Assembly: GCA_965232515.1 (NCBI GenBank)
Contig: CBDDPY010000002.1
Location: forward strand, 6,144,001 to 6,208,000
DNA length: 64,000 nucleotides
Direction: 5' to 3'
DNA from: Alphaproteobacteria bacterium
GTDB taxonomy: Bacteria; Pseudomonadota; Alphaproteobacteria; GCA-2731375
The number at the start of each line of letters is the position of its first letter. Positions within the stretch are counted from its first letter, which is position 1. Made by a program: the position numbers and the translations under genes. Positions 1 through 10,654 of this stretch are shown here, in pieces. A model generated the notes under the pieces. It did not search any database and was not told the origin of the DNA. It saw only the letters and a list, made by a program, of their open reading frames with translations.

Positions 1-139
1 TGCCTGGCCGAACTCGACCGGCTTTTGCAGGGGGAGGGGGGGTAGCGCGCGGGAAACGCGTGAACAACCCCATGCACAGGACCTGTCAAGGGCCGGAAAT
101 GGCTGAATTCGGCCGATTCCGGAAACTCCGTTTTTGCAC

Positions 140-1009
140 TCAGCGGGCCAGGTTGTGGGTCAGGAAATCGGCCAGCTTGTCCGCGGCCTTGTTGCGGCCG
201 GCCGGCACGCGATGAAGGGCGATTTCGGCCTGCGGCAGGTCGGGCAAGCCTTCCTCGGCCCCGAGAAAGCGCAGGTCGGCGCGGGCGGTGCCTTCCTTCA
301 CCAGTGTCACGGCGATGCCGGCGGCCGCGATCGCCTCGGTCGCGGACAGGCTGGAACTGGTCAGCACCACACGCCAGCGCATGTTGGCCGCGCTCAGCGC
401 CTCGACGGCGAGATTGCGGAACAGGCTGCCGAGCGGATGGGTCGCCAGCGGCACCTCGCGGCTGAGGTCGGGCAGAGGGTCGCGGCGCGAAAAGGCCCAG
501 CGCACGCGCTCGCTGCGCAGGACCTCGCCGCCCGTCCCGGCGGGTTGGGTGGTCAGCACCAGGTCGAACTCATCGCCGAGACCGGGCAGCAACTGCAGCG
601 TGAAGCCGGTCGTGATCTCCAGCCGGACGCCGGGATGGATGGCGGTGAAGGTCTTGAGCAGGTCCGGCAGGACGATGGTGGCGTAGTCGTCCATGACCGC
701 GAGGCGCGCCGTGCCCTCGATCCGGGCGTCGGTCAATGCCTCGAGCGTGCGGTCGTTGAGCGCGACCATCTGCCGGGCATAGCCGAGCAGAGTCTCGCCG
801 TGGGCCGTCAGCCGGGTCTTGCGGCCGTCGCGGTGAAAGATCGGCGCGCCGACGACCGCCTCCAGTCGGCGCATCTGCATGCTGACCGCCGACTGTGAGC
901 GGCCGACGGCCTGCGAGGCCCTCGTGAAGCCGTGATGGTCTTGGATCGCGAGAAAACTGCGCAGGAGCGCGACGTCGATATCGCGAAACGCCTGATTAAT
1001 CGGATTCAT
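140..1009 (-). CDS. LysR family transcriptional regulator
   Basis: N-terminal HTH (LLRSFLAI..GFTRASQAVGRSQSAVSMQMRRLE) plus substrate-binding domain; divergent from ilvD. Confidence 0.95.
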   Translation of the reverse strand: MNPINQAFRDIDVALLRSFLAIQDHHGFTRASQAVGRSQSAVSMQMRRLEAVVGAPIFHRDGRKTRLTAHGETLLGYARQMVALNDRTLEALTDARIEGTARLAVMDDYATIVLPDLLKTFTAIHPGVRLEITTGFTLQLLPGLGDEFDLVLTTQPAGTGGEVLRSERVRWAFSRRDPLPDLSREVPLATHPLGSLFRNLAVEALSAANMRWRVVLTSSSLSATEAIAAAGIAVTLVKEGTARADLRFLGAEEGLPDLPQAEIALHRVPAGRNKAADKLADFLTHNLAR

Positions 1010-1104
1010 TGATTGATCATATCAGAACAATTCATTTTTCAAATTGGTATGCGGGAAACAAAATGCGCGGAACTCCCAAGCTCTGACATGCAAGGAGAAC
1101 CGCC

Positions 1105-2955
1105 ATGCGCCCCTACCGATCCCGCACCACCATGGATGGCGACAACCGCGCCGGCGCCCGGGCGCTGTGGCGGGCGACCGGCATGTCGGAGGCCGACCTG
1201 GGCAAGCCGATCGTCGCCATCGCCAACAGCTTCACCCAGTTCGTGCCGGGCCACGTGCACCTGAAGGACCTGGGCCAGCTCGTCGCGCGGGAGATCGAGG
1301 CCGCCGGCGCCAACGCCAAGGAGTTCAACACCATCGCCGTCGACGACGGTATCGCCATGGGCCATGACGGCATGCTCTACAGCCTGCCGTCGCGCGAGCT
1401 GATCGCCGATTGCATCGAATACATGGTCGAGGCGCATTGCGCCGACGCGCTCGTCTGTATCTCGAACTGCGACAAGATTACGCCCGGCATGCTGATGGCG
1501 GCGATGCGGCTGAACATCCCGACCATTTTCGTCTCGGGCGGGCCGATGGAGGCCGGCAAGGTCGTCGCCGGCGACACCGTGCGCGCGGTCGACGCCATCG
1601 ACGCCATGGTCGACGGCCAGTCGCCGGATCTATCGGCGGAGGAAAAGCTGGCGGTCGAGCAGGCGGCCTGTCCGACCTGTGGCTCGTGCTCCGGCATGTT
1701 CACGGCGAATTCGATGAACTGTCTGGTCGAGGCGATCGGTCTGGCATTGCCGGGCAACGGCACCGTGCTGGCGACCCATGCCGACCGCGAGGCGTTGTTC
1801 CGTGAGGCCGGTCGGCGCATCGTCGACCTGACCCGGCGGTATTACGTCGAGGATGATGATGGCGTGCTGCCGCGTCGGATCGCCGACAAGGCGAGCTTCA
1901 AGAACGCCATGACGCTCGACATCGCCATGGGCGGCTCGACCAACACCATCCTGCACCTGCTGGCCGCGGCACAGGAGGGCGAGATCGACTTCACGCTGGC
2001 CGACATCGACCGTCTGTCGCGCGAGGTGCCGCATCTCTGCAAGCTGTCGCCGTCGACGCCGGACTTCCATATCGAGGACGTGCATCGCGCCGGCGGCATC
2101 ATGGCGATCCTGGGCGAGCTCGAACGGCTGGGCCTGATCGATACGTCGCGGCCGACCGTGCATGCGCCGAGCCTCGGCGAAGCGCTGGAAGAATGGGACG
2201 TGATGCGCAACCCAGATGCCGATGTCGACACGTTCTATCGCGCCGCGCCCGGCGGCCGGCGCACGGTCGAGGCATTTTCCCAGGACGCGCGCTACGAAAC
2301 GCTCGACCTCGATCGCGCCAACGGCTGTATTCGCAATATCGCGCACGCCTATTCGCCGGACGGCGGCCTCGCGGTTCTGTTCGGCAACCTGGCGCCCGAG
2401 GGCTGCGTGATAAAGACCGCGGGCGTGCCCGACGGCATGGCGCAGTTCAGCGGACCGGCCCGGGTCTTCGAATCCGAATCCGACACCGTCGCCGGCATCC
2501 TCGGCGGCGCCGTGCAGCCGGGCGACGTCGTGGTCGTGCGCTACGAAGGGCCGAAGGGCGGACCCGGCATGCAGGAGATGCTGCACCCGACAAGCTTCCT
2601 GCGCTCAATGAAGCTGAACACCTCGTGCGCCCTCGTCACCGACGGCCGCTTCTCCGGCGGCTCGTCGGGCCTCAGCATCGGCCATATCTCGCCCGAGGCG
2701 GCGGCCGGCGGCCTGATCGGCCTGGTGCAGGACGGCGACGCCATCGCCATCGACATCGCCAACCGCCGCCTCGATCTCCAGGTCGCCGAGGACGAGCTTG
2801 AGCGCCGGCGTCAGGCCATGTCGGCGCGCGACGGCGAGACCACCTGGCGTCCGGCCAAGCCCCGCCCCCGCAAGGTCTCGCGCGCGCTCAAGGCCTACGC
2901 CCTGCTCGCCAGCGACGCCTCGAAAGGTGCGGTGCGGCAATTGCCGGAGGCGTGA
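1105..2955 (+). CDS. ilvD: Dihydroxy-acid dehydratase
   Basis: [53 protein letters not shown] and TDGRFSG motifs. Confidence 0.93.
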   Translation: MRPYRSRTTMDGDNRAGARALWRATGMSEADLGKPIVAIANSFTQFVPGHVHLKDLGQLVAREIEAAGANAKEFNTIAVDDGIAMGHDGMLYSLPSRELIADCIEYMVEAHCADALVCISNCDKITPGMLMAAMRLNIPTIFVSGGPMEAGKVVAGDTVRAVDAIDAMVDGQSPDLSAEEKLAVEQAACPTCGSCSGMFTANSMNCLVEAIGLALPGNGTVLATHADREALFREAGRRIVDLTRRYYVEDDDGVLPRRIADKASFKNAMTLDIAMGGSTNTILHLLAAAQEGEIDFTLADIDRLSREVPHLCKLSPSTPDFHIEDVHRAGGIMAILGELERLGLIDTSRPTVHAPSLGEALEEWDVMRNPDADVDTFYRAAPGGRRTVEAFSQDARYETLDLDRANGCIRNIAHAYSPDGGLAVLFGNLAPEGCVIKTAGVPDGMAQFSGPARVFESESDTVAGILGGAVQPGDVVVVRYEGPKGGPGMQEMLHPTSFLRSMKLNTSCALVTDGRFSGGSSGLSIGHISPEAAAGGLIGLVQDGDAIAIDIANRRLDLQVAEDELERRRQAMSARDGETTWRPAKPRPRKVSRALKAYALLASDASKGAVRQLPEA

Positions 2956-2969
2956 ACGGCAACCGCCCA

Positions 2970-2995
2970 TGGACCCCGGCCTGCGCCGGGGTGAC
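2970..2995. repeat. REP-like palindromic element (single copy)
   Basis: TGGACCCCGGCCTGCGCCGGGGTGAC hairpin between convergent genes; related copies at 33581-33606 and 33641-33666. Confidence 0.75.
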
Positions 2996-3018
2996 GAGTG
3001 GGGTGGGCCTGGGGCGAC

Positions 3019-3747
3019 TTAATTCGTCGCCTGGGACTGGGCCAGCGGGCGGAGCTGGGTCATGAGGTCGTCGGCCATCTTGGTGCCGCTGGCCTCGACG
3101 GGTAGGCCGGCGGCGGCGAGGCCGCGGGCGGTCCAGGTGTTGCATGTGTTGAGCATGTGGAACTTGCCGGTCGCCGGATAGAACTTGCTGAAGCGGTAGA
3201 GACCGGGCTCGGACGCCGCAATGCGGTCGGCGTCGCCGCGGGCGAAGCTGCTGTCGAGATAGGCGATCAGAGCTTGGAAGCCCTCGGCCGTGACGGGCAG
3301 GTCGACGACTTCGATCGAGCGAAAGGTGGCGCCGACCCGCGATTCAAGACCGAGGAGGTGCATGACCGCCGGCGTCGGCCGCAGGCCCGCCCGCAGCGTC
3401 ATGGCGAAGGTCGGTTCGGGCTCGGGGAAGTATTCGGCATCGCCCCAACTGAAACTCAGGTAGACCGCGTCGGGGAAGTCGGCCGCCTCGGGAATGACGT
3501 CCGCCGGCAACGCCGACCGCGGCACCACGATCGCCGAATGCCAGCCGTTGCTGGTGACCTGGATCGTGACGTTGCCTTGCGCCGCGTCTGTCGACGCGGC
3601 AAGGGCAGTGAAGGGCGTGCCGGCAGCGACCAGCAACGCTGCGCCAGCGGTCAGGCATACGATCACAGTGCGTCGCGATGCGCGATGCAGTGTGCGGGTC
3701 CGGCGTCGTTGTCGGATTCCGGCGTCTATCTGCCCGGCGATTCTCAT
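3019..3747 (-). CDS. DUF2459 domain-containing exported protein
   Basis: NGWHSAIVVP, SWGDAEYF and NTCNTWTARGL motifs; signal peptide (SRRTVI, possibly Tat); start uncertain. Confidence 0.8.
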   Translation of the reverse strand: MRIAGQIDAGIRQRRRTRTLHRASRRTVIVCLTAGAALLVAAGTPFTALAASTDAAQGNVTIQVTSNGWHSAIVVPRSALPADVIPEAADFPDAVYLSFSWGDAEYFPEPEPTFAMTLRAGLRPTPAVMHLLGLESRVGATFRSIEVVDLPVTAEGFQALIAYLDSSFARGDADRIAASEPGLYRFSKFYPATGKFHMLNTCNTWTARGLAAAGLPVEASGTKMADDLMTQLRPLAQSQATN

Positions 3748-3858
3748 CCCACCCCATCCGGCGCGTCTAACTCAGATATGGGCCTTTCCGGGACGGAATG
3801 AAATGCCGGACCTAGCCGAGAATCTGCGGGCGAGAAGACTTAAGGCAGACCTTGCGGT

Positions 3859-4167
3859 CTAGGCGGGATCTCCGGTGCGCACGGGAAAGCGCTGCCAGGC
3901 TTCGCCGGTTGCGACCATGCAACTGCGCCCGTCGGGGCGGGTGACGAGGACGGTCCACGAGCCCGTCTTACTGACGAACAGCTCGAACATGGCTTTGCCG
4001 CTGGGTGTCAGACCGCGCCCGACCACCTGCTCGTCGAACTGCTTCTGCAGGCTCTGCGCCGCCTTGTCGTGCGGCGCGCACACTTGTTGCGCTGTCGCGG
4101 GCTGGGCCGGCACCAGCAACGCCGATGCGATGGCCAACGCGCCCAAGGCCTGGCTTGCCGGTTTCAT
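3859..4167 (-). CDS. Small exported hypothetical protein
   Basis: Signal peptide ending ATA, two Cys, ELFVS..GSWTVLVT..DGRSC..GEAW pattern. Confidence 0.75.
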   Translation of the reverse strand: MKPASQALGALAIASALLVPAQPATAQQVCAPHDKAAQSLQKQFDEQVVGRGLTPSGKAMFELFVSKTGSWTVLVTRPDGRSCMVATGEAWQRFPVRTGDPA

Positions 4168-4383
4168 CTCGATATCTCCGTTCGCTCTCGTTCCTTCCAG
4201 CTTTGACATGTGGGAAGCGGTTGTTTCCGACCCGCATCAGCAACCGCGGATTTTGGTTTCAATTGTTAACGCTGCCGTCCGACGAGCCGAGCGCCTGATT
4301 TGCTATGGTGCTCGGACCTTGCGCCAAGGCCGGTTGCGCTGGCCTTCCGTGAGGCGTGGCATGTTGGCGGGAAAAGCAAAACC

Positions 4384-5550
4384 ATGAGCATCGATTTCAC
4401 GCCGGAGCAGCAGCAGATTCGCGAGAGCGTGTCGCGCCTGTGCGCCGAGTTCGGGGATCAGTACTGGCTGGAACGGGACTCTGATGGGCGTTTTCCGGAA
4501 GAGTTCTGCCGGGCGATTGCGGACCAGGGCTATATGGGCATCGCCATGCCGACCGCGTATGGCGGCGCGGGGCTCGGGATCACCGAGGCGGCAATCCTGA
4601 TGCAGACGATCTCGCAGTCGGGCGCCGGCAACGGCGGCGTGTCGTCGGTCAGCCTCGGCATCTTCGGGCTCAATCCGGTGGTGCGCTACGGCACGGACGA
4701 ACAGAAGGCGCGCATGCTGCCGCCGATCATCCGGCGCGACGACATCGCCTGCTTCAGCGTCACCGAACCGAATACGGGGCTCGATACCACGCGCCTGAAG
4801 ACCTCGGCCGTGCGCAAGGGCGACCGGTATGTGGTGAACGGGCAGAAGATCTGGACCAGCACGGCGCAGGTCGCCAACAAGATCCTGCTGATCGCGCGCA
4901 CGGCCGAGATCAGCGAGACGGCCCGGCCCATCGACGGCCTCAGCTTGTTCTATACCGACCTCGATCGGTCGAAGGTCGAGATCCGGCGGATCGAGAAGAT
5001 GGGCCGGAAATGCGTCGACTCGAACCAGCTTTTCATCGACGGCCTGGAGATCCCGGTCGACGACCGGATTGGCGAGGAGGGCAAGGGGTTCCGCTATCTG
5101 CTGCACGGCATCAATCCCGAGCGGATCCTGATCGCCGCCGGTCTGGTGGGCCTCGGCCGGGCAGCGCTGCACAAGGCGACGGAATACGCCAAGGAGCGCG
5201 TGGTGTTCGACCGGCCGATCGGCATGAACCAGGCGATCCAGCATCCGCTCGCCGAGAGTTGGGCCGAGCTGGAGGCGGCGAACCTGATGGCGTTTCGCGC
5301 GGCGCAGCTCTACGACCGGGGCGAGGAATGCGGGGCCATGGCCAACGCCGCCAAGTATCTCGCCGGCGAGGCAGCCTTCAAGGCCTGCAACAACGCCGTC
5401 CTGACCCACGGCGGCATGGGCTACGCCAAGGAGTATCATGTCGAGCGTTACTTGCGCGAAGCGCTGATCCATCGCATTGCGCCGATCACGCCGCACCTGA
5501 TCCTCTGCTACATTGCCGAACGGGTTTTGGGATTGCCGAAATCGTATTGA
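4384..5550 (+). CDS. Acyl-CoA dehydrogenase
   Basis: FSVTEPNTG, NGQKIWTS, THGGMGYAKEYHVERY and LGLPKSY; start placed at MSIDF. Confidence 0.95.
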   Translation: MSIDFTPEQQQIRESVSRLCAEFGDQYWLERDSDGRFPEEFCRAIADQGYMGIAMPTAYGGAGLGITEAAILMQTISQSGAGNGGVSSVSLGIFGLNPVVRYGTDEQKARMLPPIIRRDDIACFSVTEPNTGLDTTRLKTSAVRKGDRYVVNGQKIWTSTAQVANKILLIARTAEISETARPIDGLSLFYTDLDRSKVEIRRIEKMGRKCVDSNQLFIDGLEIPVDDRIGEEGKGFRYLLHGINPERILIAAGLVGLGRAALHKATEYAKERVVFDRPIGMNQAIQHPLAESWAELEAANLMAFRAAQLYDRGEECGAMANAAKYLAGEAAFKACNNAVLTHGGMGYAKEYHVERYLREALIHRIAPITPHLILCYIAERVLGLPKSY

Positions 5551-5603
5551 TGTTCCGGCGTCGCGCGCCGGATGGGAAAGAAGGGGACTGACGAGGTGAA
5601 AGT

Positions 5604-6776
5604 ATGAGCCGGCCCGCCAAGGGCTTTATCGCGGGCGTGTTCGAGCATCCGACGCGCAAGGCCGTCGACAAGACGATCCCGCAACTTCATGCCGAGGTGG
5701 CGCTGGGGGCGCTGCGGGATGCGGGCCTGACCAAGGACGACGTCGACGGCTATTTCTGCGCCGGCGACGCGCCCGGCCTGGGCGGGCTGTCGATGGCGGA
5801 GTATATGGGCCTGAAGGTCCGGCACATCGACACGACCGAGACCGGCGGCTCGTCCTACACGGTGCATGTTGGGCATGCGGTCGACGCCATCGCGGCGGGG
5901 CGCTGTTCGGTGGCGCTGGTGACGCTTGCCGGCCGGCCGCGGGCGGAAGGCGTGGCGACGCTAGGGTCGCGCAACTACGGGCCGGCCTCGCCCGACGTCG
6001 GCTTCGAGCTGCCCTACGGGCCGGCGATCACCAACCTCTATGGCATGGCCGCCATGCGGCACATGTACGAGTTCGGCACGACGTCGGAACAGCTCGCCTG
6101 GATCAAGGTCGCGGCGTCGCACCATGCGCAGCACAACGAGCACGCACTGCTGCGCGACGTGGTGACCGTCGAGGACGTACTGAACTCGCCGATGATCGCC
6201 GATCCGCTGCACCGGCTCGACTGCTGCGTGATCAGCGATGGCGGCGGCGCGCTGATCATCGTCAGCCCGGAGGTCGCCAGATCGATCGGCGACCGCTGCG
6301 TGAAGGTCCTGGGCACGGGCGAGGCGGTGAAGCACCTGAACGGCGGCAAGGTCGATCTCAGCTTCAACGGCGCGGCCCTGTCCGGACCGGTCGCCTTTGC
6401 CGAGGCCGAACTGACGCCGGCTGACATGGACTACGTGTCGATCTACGACAGCTTCACCATCACCGTGCTGCAGACGCTGGAGGACCTGGGCTTCTGCGAG
6501 AAGGGCGAGGGCGGCAAGCTGGTCGCCGACGGGAATTTGATTTCGGGTGTCGGCAAGCTGCCGTTCAACACCGATGGCGGCGGGCTCTGCAACAACCATC
6601 CCGGCAACCGCGGCGGCATGACCAAGGTGATCGAAGCGGTGCGGCAGCTGCGCGGTGAAGCGCATCCGAAGGTGCAGGTGCCGGACTGTACGCTGGCGCT
6701 GGCGCACGGCACCGGCGGCTCGATCGCCACACGTATGGGCAGCGCCACGGTGATCCTGGGGAGGAACGACGCATGA
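5604..6776 (+). CDS. Thiolase-domain (SCP-x-like) protein
   Basis: LDCCVISDGGGA, IYDSFTI, NTDGGGL; paired with the DUF35 gene. Confidence 0.9.
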   Translation: MSRPAKGFIAGVFEHPTRKAVDKTIPQLHAEVALGALRDAGLTKDDVDGYFCAGDAPGLGGLSMAEYMGLKVRHIDTTETGGSSYTVHVGHAVDAIAAGRCSVALVTLAGRPRAEGVATLGSRNYGPASPDVGFELPYGPAITNLYGMAAMRHMYEFGTTSEQLAWIKVAASHHAQHNEHALLRDVVTVEDVLNSPMIADPLHRLDCCVISDGGGALIIVSPEVARSIGDRCVKVLGTGEAVKHLNGGKVDLSFNGAALSGPVAFAEAELTPADMDYVSIYDSFTITVLQTLEDLGFCEKGEGGKLVADGNLISGVGKLPFNTDGGGLCNNHPGNRGGMTKVIEAVRQLRGEAHPKVQVPDCTLALAHGTGGSIATRMGSATVILGRNDA

Positions 6777-7174
6777 CAACGGCCGAACGCAGCTATCCCG
6801 ATCCGACGACGAACCTGGAAACGGAACGCTATTGGGCGGCGGCCAAGGACGGCGTCCTGCTGATCAAAACCTGCAATGCCTGCGGCGAGGCGCATTACTA
6901 CCCCCGCGAGATCTGCCCGCATTGCGGCAGCACGGACACTGAATGGCGCGAGGCCAGCGGCAAAGGCACGATCTACAGCTATTCGGTGATGCGCCGGGCC
7001 GAGATCCCCTATGTCATCGCCTATGTCACGCTCGCCGAGAGCGTGACAATGATGAGCAACATCGTCGATGCGGATTTCGACGCCATCGCCATCGGCAAGG
7101 CGGTCGAGGTGACGTTCCGCGAGACCGAGGGCGGCATGGCGCTGCCGGTGTTCCGGCTGGCAGGAGAAGGGTGA
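6773..7174 (+). CDS. Zn-ribbon/OB-fold (DUF35) protein
   Basis: CxxC..YPR..CPxC, GTIYSYS; ATGA overlap with the thiolase gene. Confidence 0.92.
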   Translation: MTTAERSYPDPTTNLETERYWAAAKDGVLLIKTCNACGEAHYYPREICPHCGSTDTEWREASGKGTIYSYSVMRRAEIPYVIAYVTLAESVTMMSNIVDADFDAIAIGKAVEVTFRETEGGMALPVFRLAGEG

Positions 7175-7181
7175 TCCGACG

Positions 7182-7634
7182 ATGGCAGGGCTTTACTACG
7201 AAGAGTTCGAGGTCGGCATGGAATTCAAGCATGCCCTGACCCGGACGGTGACGGAGATGGACAACATCATGTTCTGCGCGCTGACGCACAATCCGCAGCC
7301 GCTGCATTTGGACGAGGAGTTCGCCAAGGAAACCGAATACGGCCACCGTCTGGTCAACAGCATCTTCACGCTGGGCCTGGTAATCGGCGTGACCGTGGGC
7401 GACACGACGCTGGGCACCACGTTGGGCAATCTCGGCATGACCGACGTGCGCTTCGCCAATCCGGTGTTCCACGGCGACACCATCCGCGCCGTCACGCGGG
7501 TGAAGGAAATGCGCGAGAGCAAGTCGCGGCCGACGCAAGGTCTGGTGACGTTCGAGCATTTCGGCTTCAACCAGCGCGACCAGGAGGTGGCGTACTGCGT
7601 GCGCACCGGCCTGATGATGAAGCGGCCGGCATGA
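7182..7634 (+). CDS. MaoC family dehydratase
   Basis: RTVTEMDN..THNPQPLHLD, FANPVFHGDT. Confidence 0.92.
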   Translation: MAGLYYEEFEVGMEFKHALTRTVTEMDNIMFCALTHNPQPLHLDEEFAKETEYGHRLVNSIFTLGLVIGVTVGDTTLGTTLGNLGMTDVRFANPVFHGDTIRAVTRVKEMRESKSRPTQGLVTFEHFGFNQRDQEVAYCVRTGLMMKRPA

Positions 7635-8524
7635 TCATCCGGTCCTGGCTGTTCGTTCCGGGCGACAGCGAGCGCAAGCTGGAAAAGGGGCGGGAGAACC
7701 CGGCCGACGCACTGATCCTGGACCTGGAAGACGCGGTCTCGAACGACCGGCAGGAAATCGCGCGGGACATGGTGCAGGCCTATCTGAAGGCGAACGCCGA
7801 CCGTTCGCGCCAGCAGCTCTGGGTGCGGATTAATCCGCTCGACACCGAGCTGTCGCTGCCGGACCTGGCCGCGGTGATGCCGGGCGCGCCGGACGGGATC
7901 GTGCTGCCCAAGGTCTATTCGGCGGCCGACGTGAACACGCTCGGGCACTACCTCTCGGCGCTGGAAGCGCGCGAGGGCCTTGCGCAGGGGGTGACCAAGA
8001 TCTGCTGCGTCGCCACCGAAACGGCCGCCTCGCTGTTGAGTTTCCATACCTATCTGGACGGCGTCACCGAGCGGCTGGTGGCGATGACCTGGGGCGCCGA
8101 GGACCTGTCCGCGGCGCTCGGCGCCATCGACAACCGAAATCCGGCGACCGGTGAATACGACGATCCCTACCTGATGGCGAAGTCGTTGTGTCTGGCGGCG
8201 GCGCGGGCGATCGACGCCCAGCCCGTGGGCGTGGTCTTCACTGACTTTCGTGATCTGGCGGCGCTGGAGGCCGATTGTCTGCGTGATCGGCGGGCCGGCT
8301 TCGTTGGCAAGATCGCCATCCATCCGGCCCAGGTCGAGGTCATCAACCGGGCCTTTACGCCGTCCGAGGACGAGATCGCCTACGCGAAACGGGTCGTCGA
8401 GGTATTCGAGCAGAATCCCGGCCTCGGCACGGTCGGGCTGGATGGCAAGATGCTCGACATGCCACACCTGAAGCAGGCCCGCAACGTGCTGAACATGGCC
8501 GAGCAGATCAAGGCGTTGGCGTAG
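7631..8524 (+). CDS. CitE/HpcH family CoA-ester lyase
   Basis: RSWLFVPG, DALILDLEDAV, WVRIN, GKIAIHPAQV, GKMLDMPHL. Confidence 0.92.
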   Translation: MIIRSWLFVPGDSERKLEKGRENPADALILDLEDAVSNDRQEIARDMVQAYLKANADRSRQQLWVRINPLDTELSLPDLAAVMPGAPDGIVLPKVYSAADVNTLGHYLSALEAREGLAQGVTKICCVATETAASLLSFHTYLDGVTERLVAMTWGAEDLSAALGAIDNRNPATGEYDDPYLMAKSLCLAAARAIDAQPVGVVFTDFRDLAALEADCLRDRRAGFVGKIAIHPAQVEVINRAFTPSEDEIAYAKRVVEVFEQNPGLGTVGLDGKMLDMPHLKQARNVLNMAEQIKALA

Positions 8525-8602
8525 GCGCGAGCGGCGGTACAAATGGCTTGATCGCTTGTTTCGAGAAGTGCATATACACGTTTAGTGGAACGGAGCGACA
8601 AC

Positions 8603-9844
8603 ATGGCCGTTTCGGAGATGCGGGCAAAGTCTGTGGCGCGGCCCTTGCCACCCGGACTCGGCAGTGTGCTGCTGCTGACGGCATTGGCGGCGGTGGGGCA
8701 GTTCGCGTCGAACGTCTATACGCCGGCGCTGCCATTCGTGGCGACGTCCTTGGGCGTGGACGCCAGCGCGGCGCAGCTGACGCTGGCGATCTTCCTGTTC
8801 GCCTTTGCCGTATCGCAGCTAGTCTATGGACCGTTGACCGACCGGTTCGGCCGGCGGCCGGTGCTGTTCGCCGGATTGGCATTGTTTCTGGCCGGCACGC
8901 TTGCCTGTGCGCTGGCCGAAAGTCTGACCACGTTGCTTTGGGCGAGGGCCCTGCAGGCCGTGGGCGCGGCCGGCGGGCTGGTGGTCTCGCGCGCCGCGAC
9001 CCGCGACAGCTTCGACGGCGTCGAGCTCGCGCGCGCGTTTGGTGCCATCACCATCGCCTTCGCCCTGGTGCCGGGTCTGACGCCGCTGATCGGCGGCGTG
9101 GTGCAGGAGCTGGCCGGCTGGCGCGAGATCTTCTGGCTGACGCTCGCCGTCGGCGTCGCGGTTACGCTGGTCGCGACAATGAAGCTGCCGGAGACCGCAC
9201 GGTCGCGAATAGACCGCATCGATGCGCGTGAGATCGGCCGCGGCTATGGCGCGGTGCTGCGCGACCGGACGGCGGTGTCCTACGCGCTGACGGCGGGACT
9301 GGTGTTCGGCGCCATGTCGGCCTTCTTCGCGGCCTCGCCGGCGCTCTACATCGAGCAGTTGGGTGTGGGGCCGGCGGAATACGGCCTCTATCCGCCGCTC
9401 GCCGTGACCGGTTTCGTCATCGGCGGCATCATCACGCGACGGCTTGCCGGCAAGGTCGCGGCGCGACGGATCGCGGGTACCGGGCTTGCTATCATGGGCG
9501 TCGGTCTGGCCCTGATGCTGACGGTCCCGGCGCTCGGCCTGGTGCACAAACATGTCTTCAACGCGGCCATGATCGTCATCGTCACCGGGCTCGGCGTGTT
9601 TCTGCCAACGTCCATCGCCCAGGTTCTGTCGCGATTCCCGGACCGCGCCGGCACCGCCGCGGCGCTGCAGGGTTTCATTCAGATGTCGGGCGGCGCGCTG
9701 GGCGCCGTTGTCGTCAGCGCCGTGCAGCCGGCGATGCCGATCTTCGCCACGCCGGTGGTCATGGCGCTATCGGTCGGGATGGCGATTGTCTTGTTCGCGA
9801 TGGCTGTGCCGCGTGCGACTGAACGCGGATTCAGCGCGACCTGA
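8603..9844 (+). CDS. Bcr/CflA family MFS transporter
   Basis: About 12 hydrophobic segments; motif A GPLTDRFGRRPV; start uncertain (8585/8603/8618). Confidence 0.9.
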   Translation: MAVSEMRAKSVARPLPPGLGSVLLLTALAAVGQFASNVYTPALPFVATSLGVDASAAQLTLAIFLFAFAVSQLVYGPLTDRFGRRPVLFAGLALFLAGTLACALAESLTTLLWARALQAVGAAGGLVVSRAATRDSFDGVELARAFGAITIAFALVPGLTPLIGGVVQELAGWREIFWLTLAVGVAVTLVATMKLPETARSRIDRIDAREIGRGYGAVLRDRTAVSYALTAGLVFGAMSAFFAASPALYIEQLGVGPAEYGLYPPLAVTGFVIGGIITRRLAGKVAARRIAGTGLAIMGVGLALMLTVPALGLVHKHVFNAAMIVIVTGLGVFLPTSIAQVLSRFPDRAGTAAALQGFIQMSGGALGAVVVSAVQPAMPIFATPVVMALSVGMAIVLFAMAVPRATERGFSAT

Positions 9845-9886
9845 CGTCAAAGCTCGTCCATACTCCCGGCCGAGGAGGATTGGACG

Positions 9887-10642
9887 ATGTCCGAGAACGT
9901 ACGTCTCGAACGGCAAGGCGACATCGCGGTCGTCACCCTCTGTCGGCCGCCGGCGAACGCGCTGGACCTGGAGGCGACCGACGCGGTCGCGGGGGTTTTC
10001 GCCGAGCTCGCCGCCGACGACGCCGTTGGCGCCGTGGTGCTGACCGGCGAGGGCAAAGCGTTCTGCGCCGGCCTCGATCTGAAACGGGTGCCGCACTACG
10101 GCGCGGAAGAGCAGGACCGCCTGCTGGATGCGCTGAACCGGGCCTTCTTCAACGTCTATCGCATGCCCGTGCCGGTCGTCTGCGCCGTCAACGGCCATGC
10201 CATTGCCGGCGGCCTGGTCCTGTTGCTCTGCACCGACAAGCGCATCGCCGCCGACGGCGATTATATGGTGGGCGTCACGGAAGTTCGCGTCGGCATACCC
10301 TATCCGTTGGGCGGTATCGAGGTCTGCCGCGCCGAGCTGGCGCCGGCTGACTTCCGGAACCTGGTGCTGTTCGGCCAGACCATCCAGCCGGCGCAGGCGC
10401 ACAAGATGGGGATCTTCGACGAGATGGTGTCGCAGGACCGCTTGTTGGACACGGCCATGGAGCAGGCTGAGATGCTGGCGCAGCTGCCGCGCGACGGCTT
10501 CCGCAAGATCAAGAGCCAGATGCGGTGGCCGGTCTTCGCGCAGATGCGCGCGGCCGTCGACGACAAGGCCGATCCGCTGTTCGGCGACTGGCTGTCGGAC
10601 GAGACCATGGAGGCCGCCGCCGCTATGCTCCGCGGCGGCTGA
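9887..10642 (+). CDS. Enoyl-CoA hydratase/isomerase family protein
   Basis: AFCAGLDL, AVNGHAIAGG. Confidence 0.92.
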   Translation: MSENVRLERQGDIAVVTLCRPPANALDLEATDAVAGVFAELAADDAVGAVVLTGEGKAFCAGLDLKRVPHYGAEEQDRLLDALNRAFFNVYRMPVPVVCAVNGHAIAGGLVLLLCTDKRIAADGDYMVGVTEVRVGIPYPLGGIEVCRAELAPADFRNLVLFGQTIQPAQAHKMGIFDEMVSQDRLLDTAMEQAEMLAQLPRDGFRKIKSQMRWPVFAQMRAAVDDKADPLFGDWLSDETMEAAAAMLRGG

Positions 10643-10654
10643 GCAAGCCGAGGC

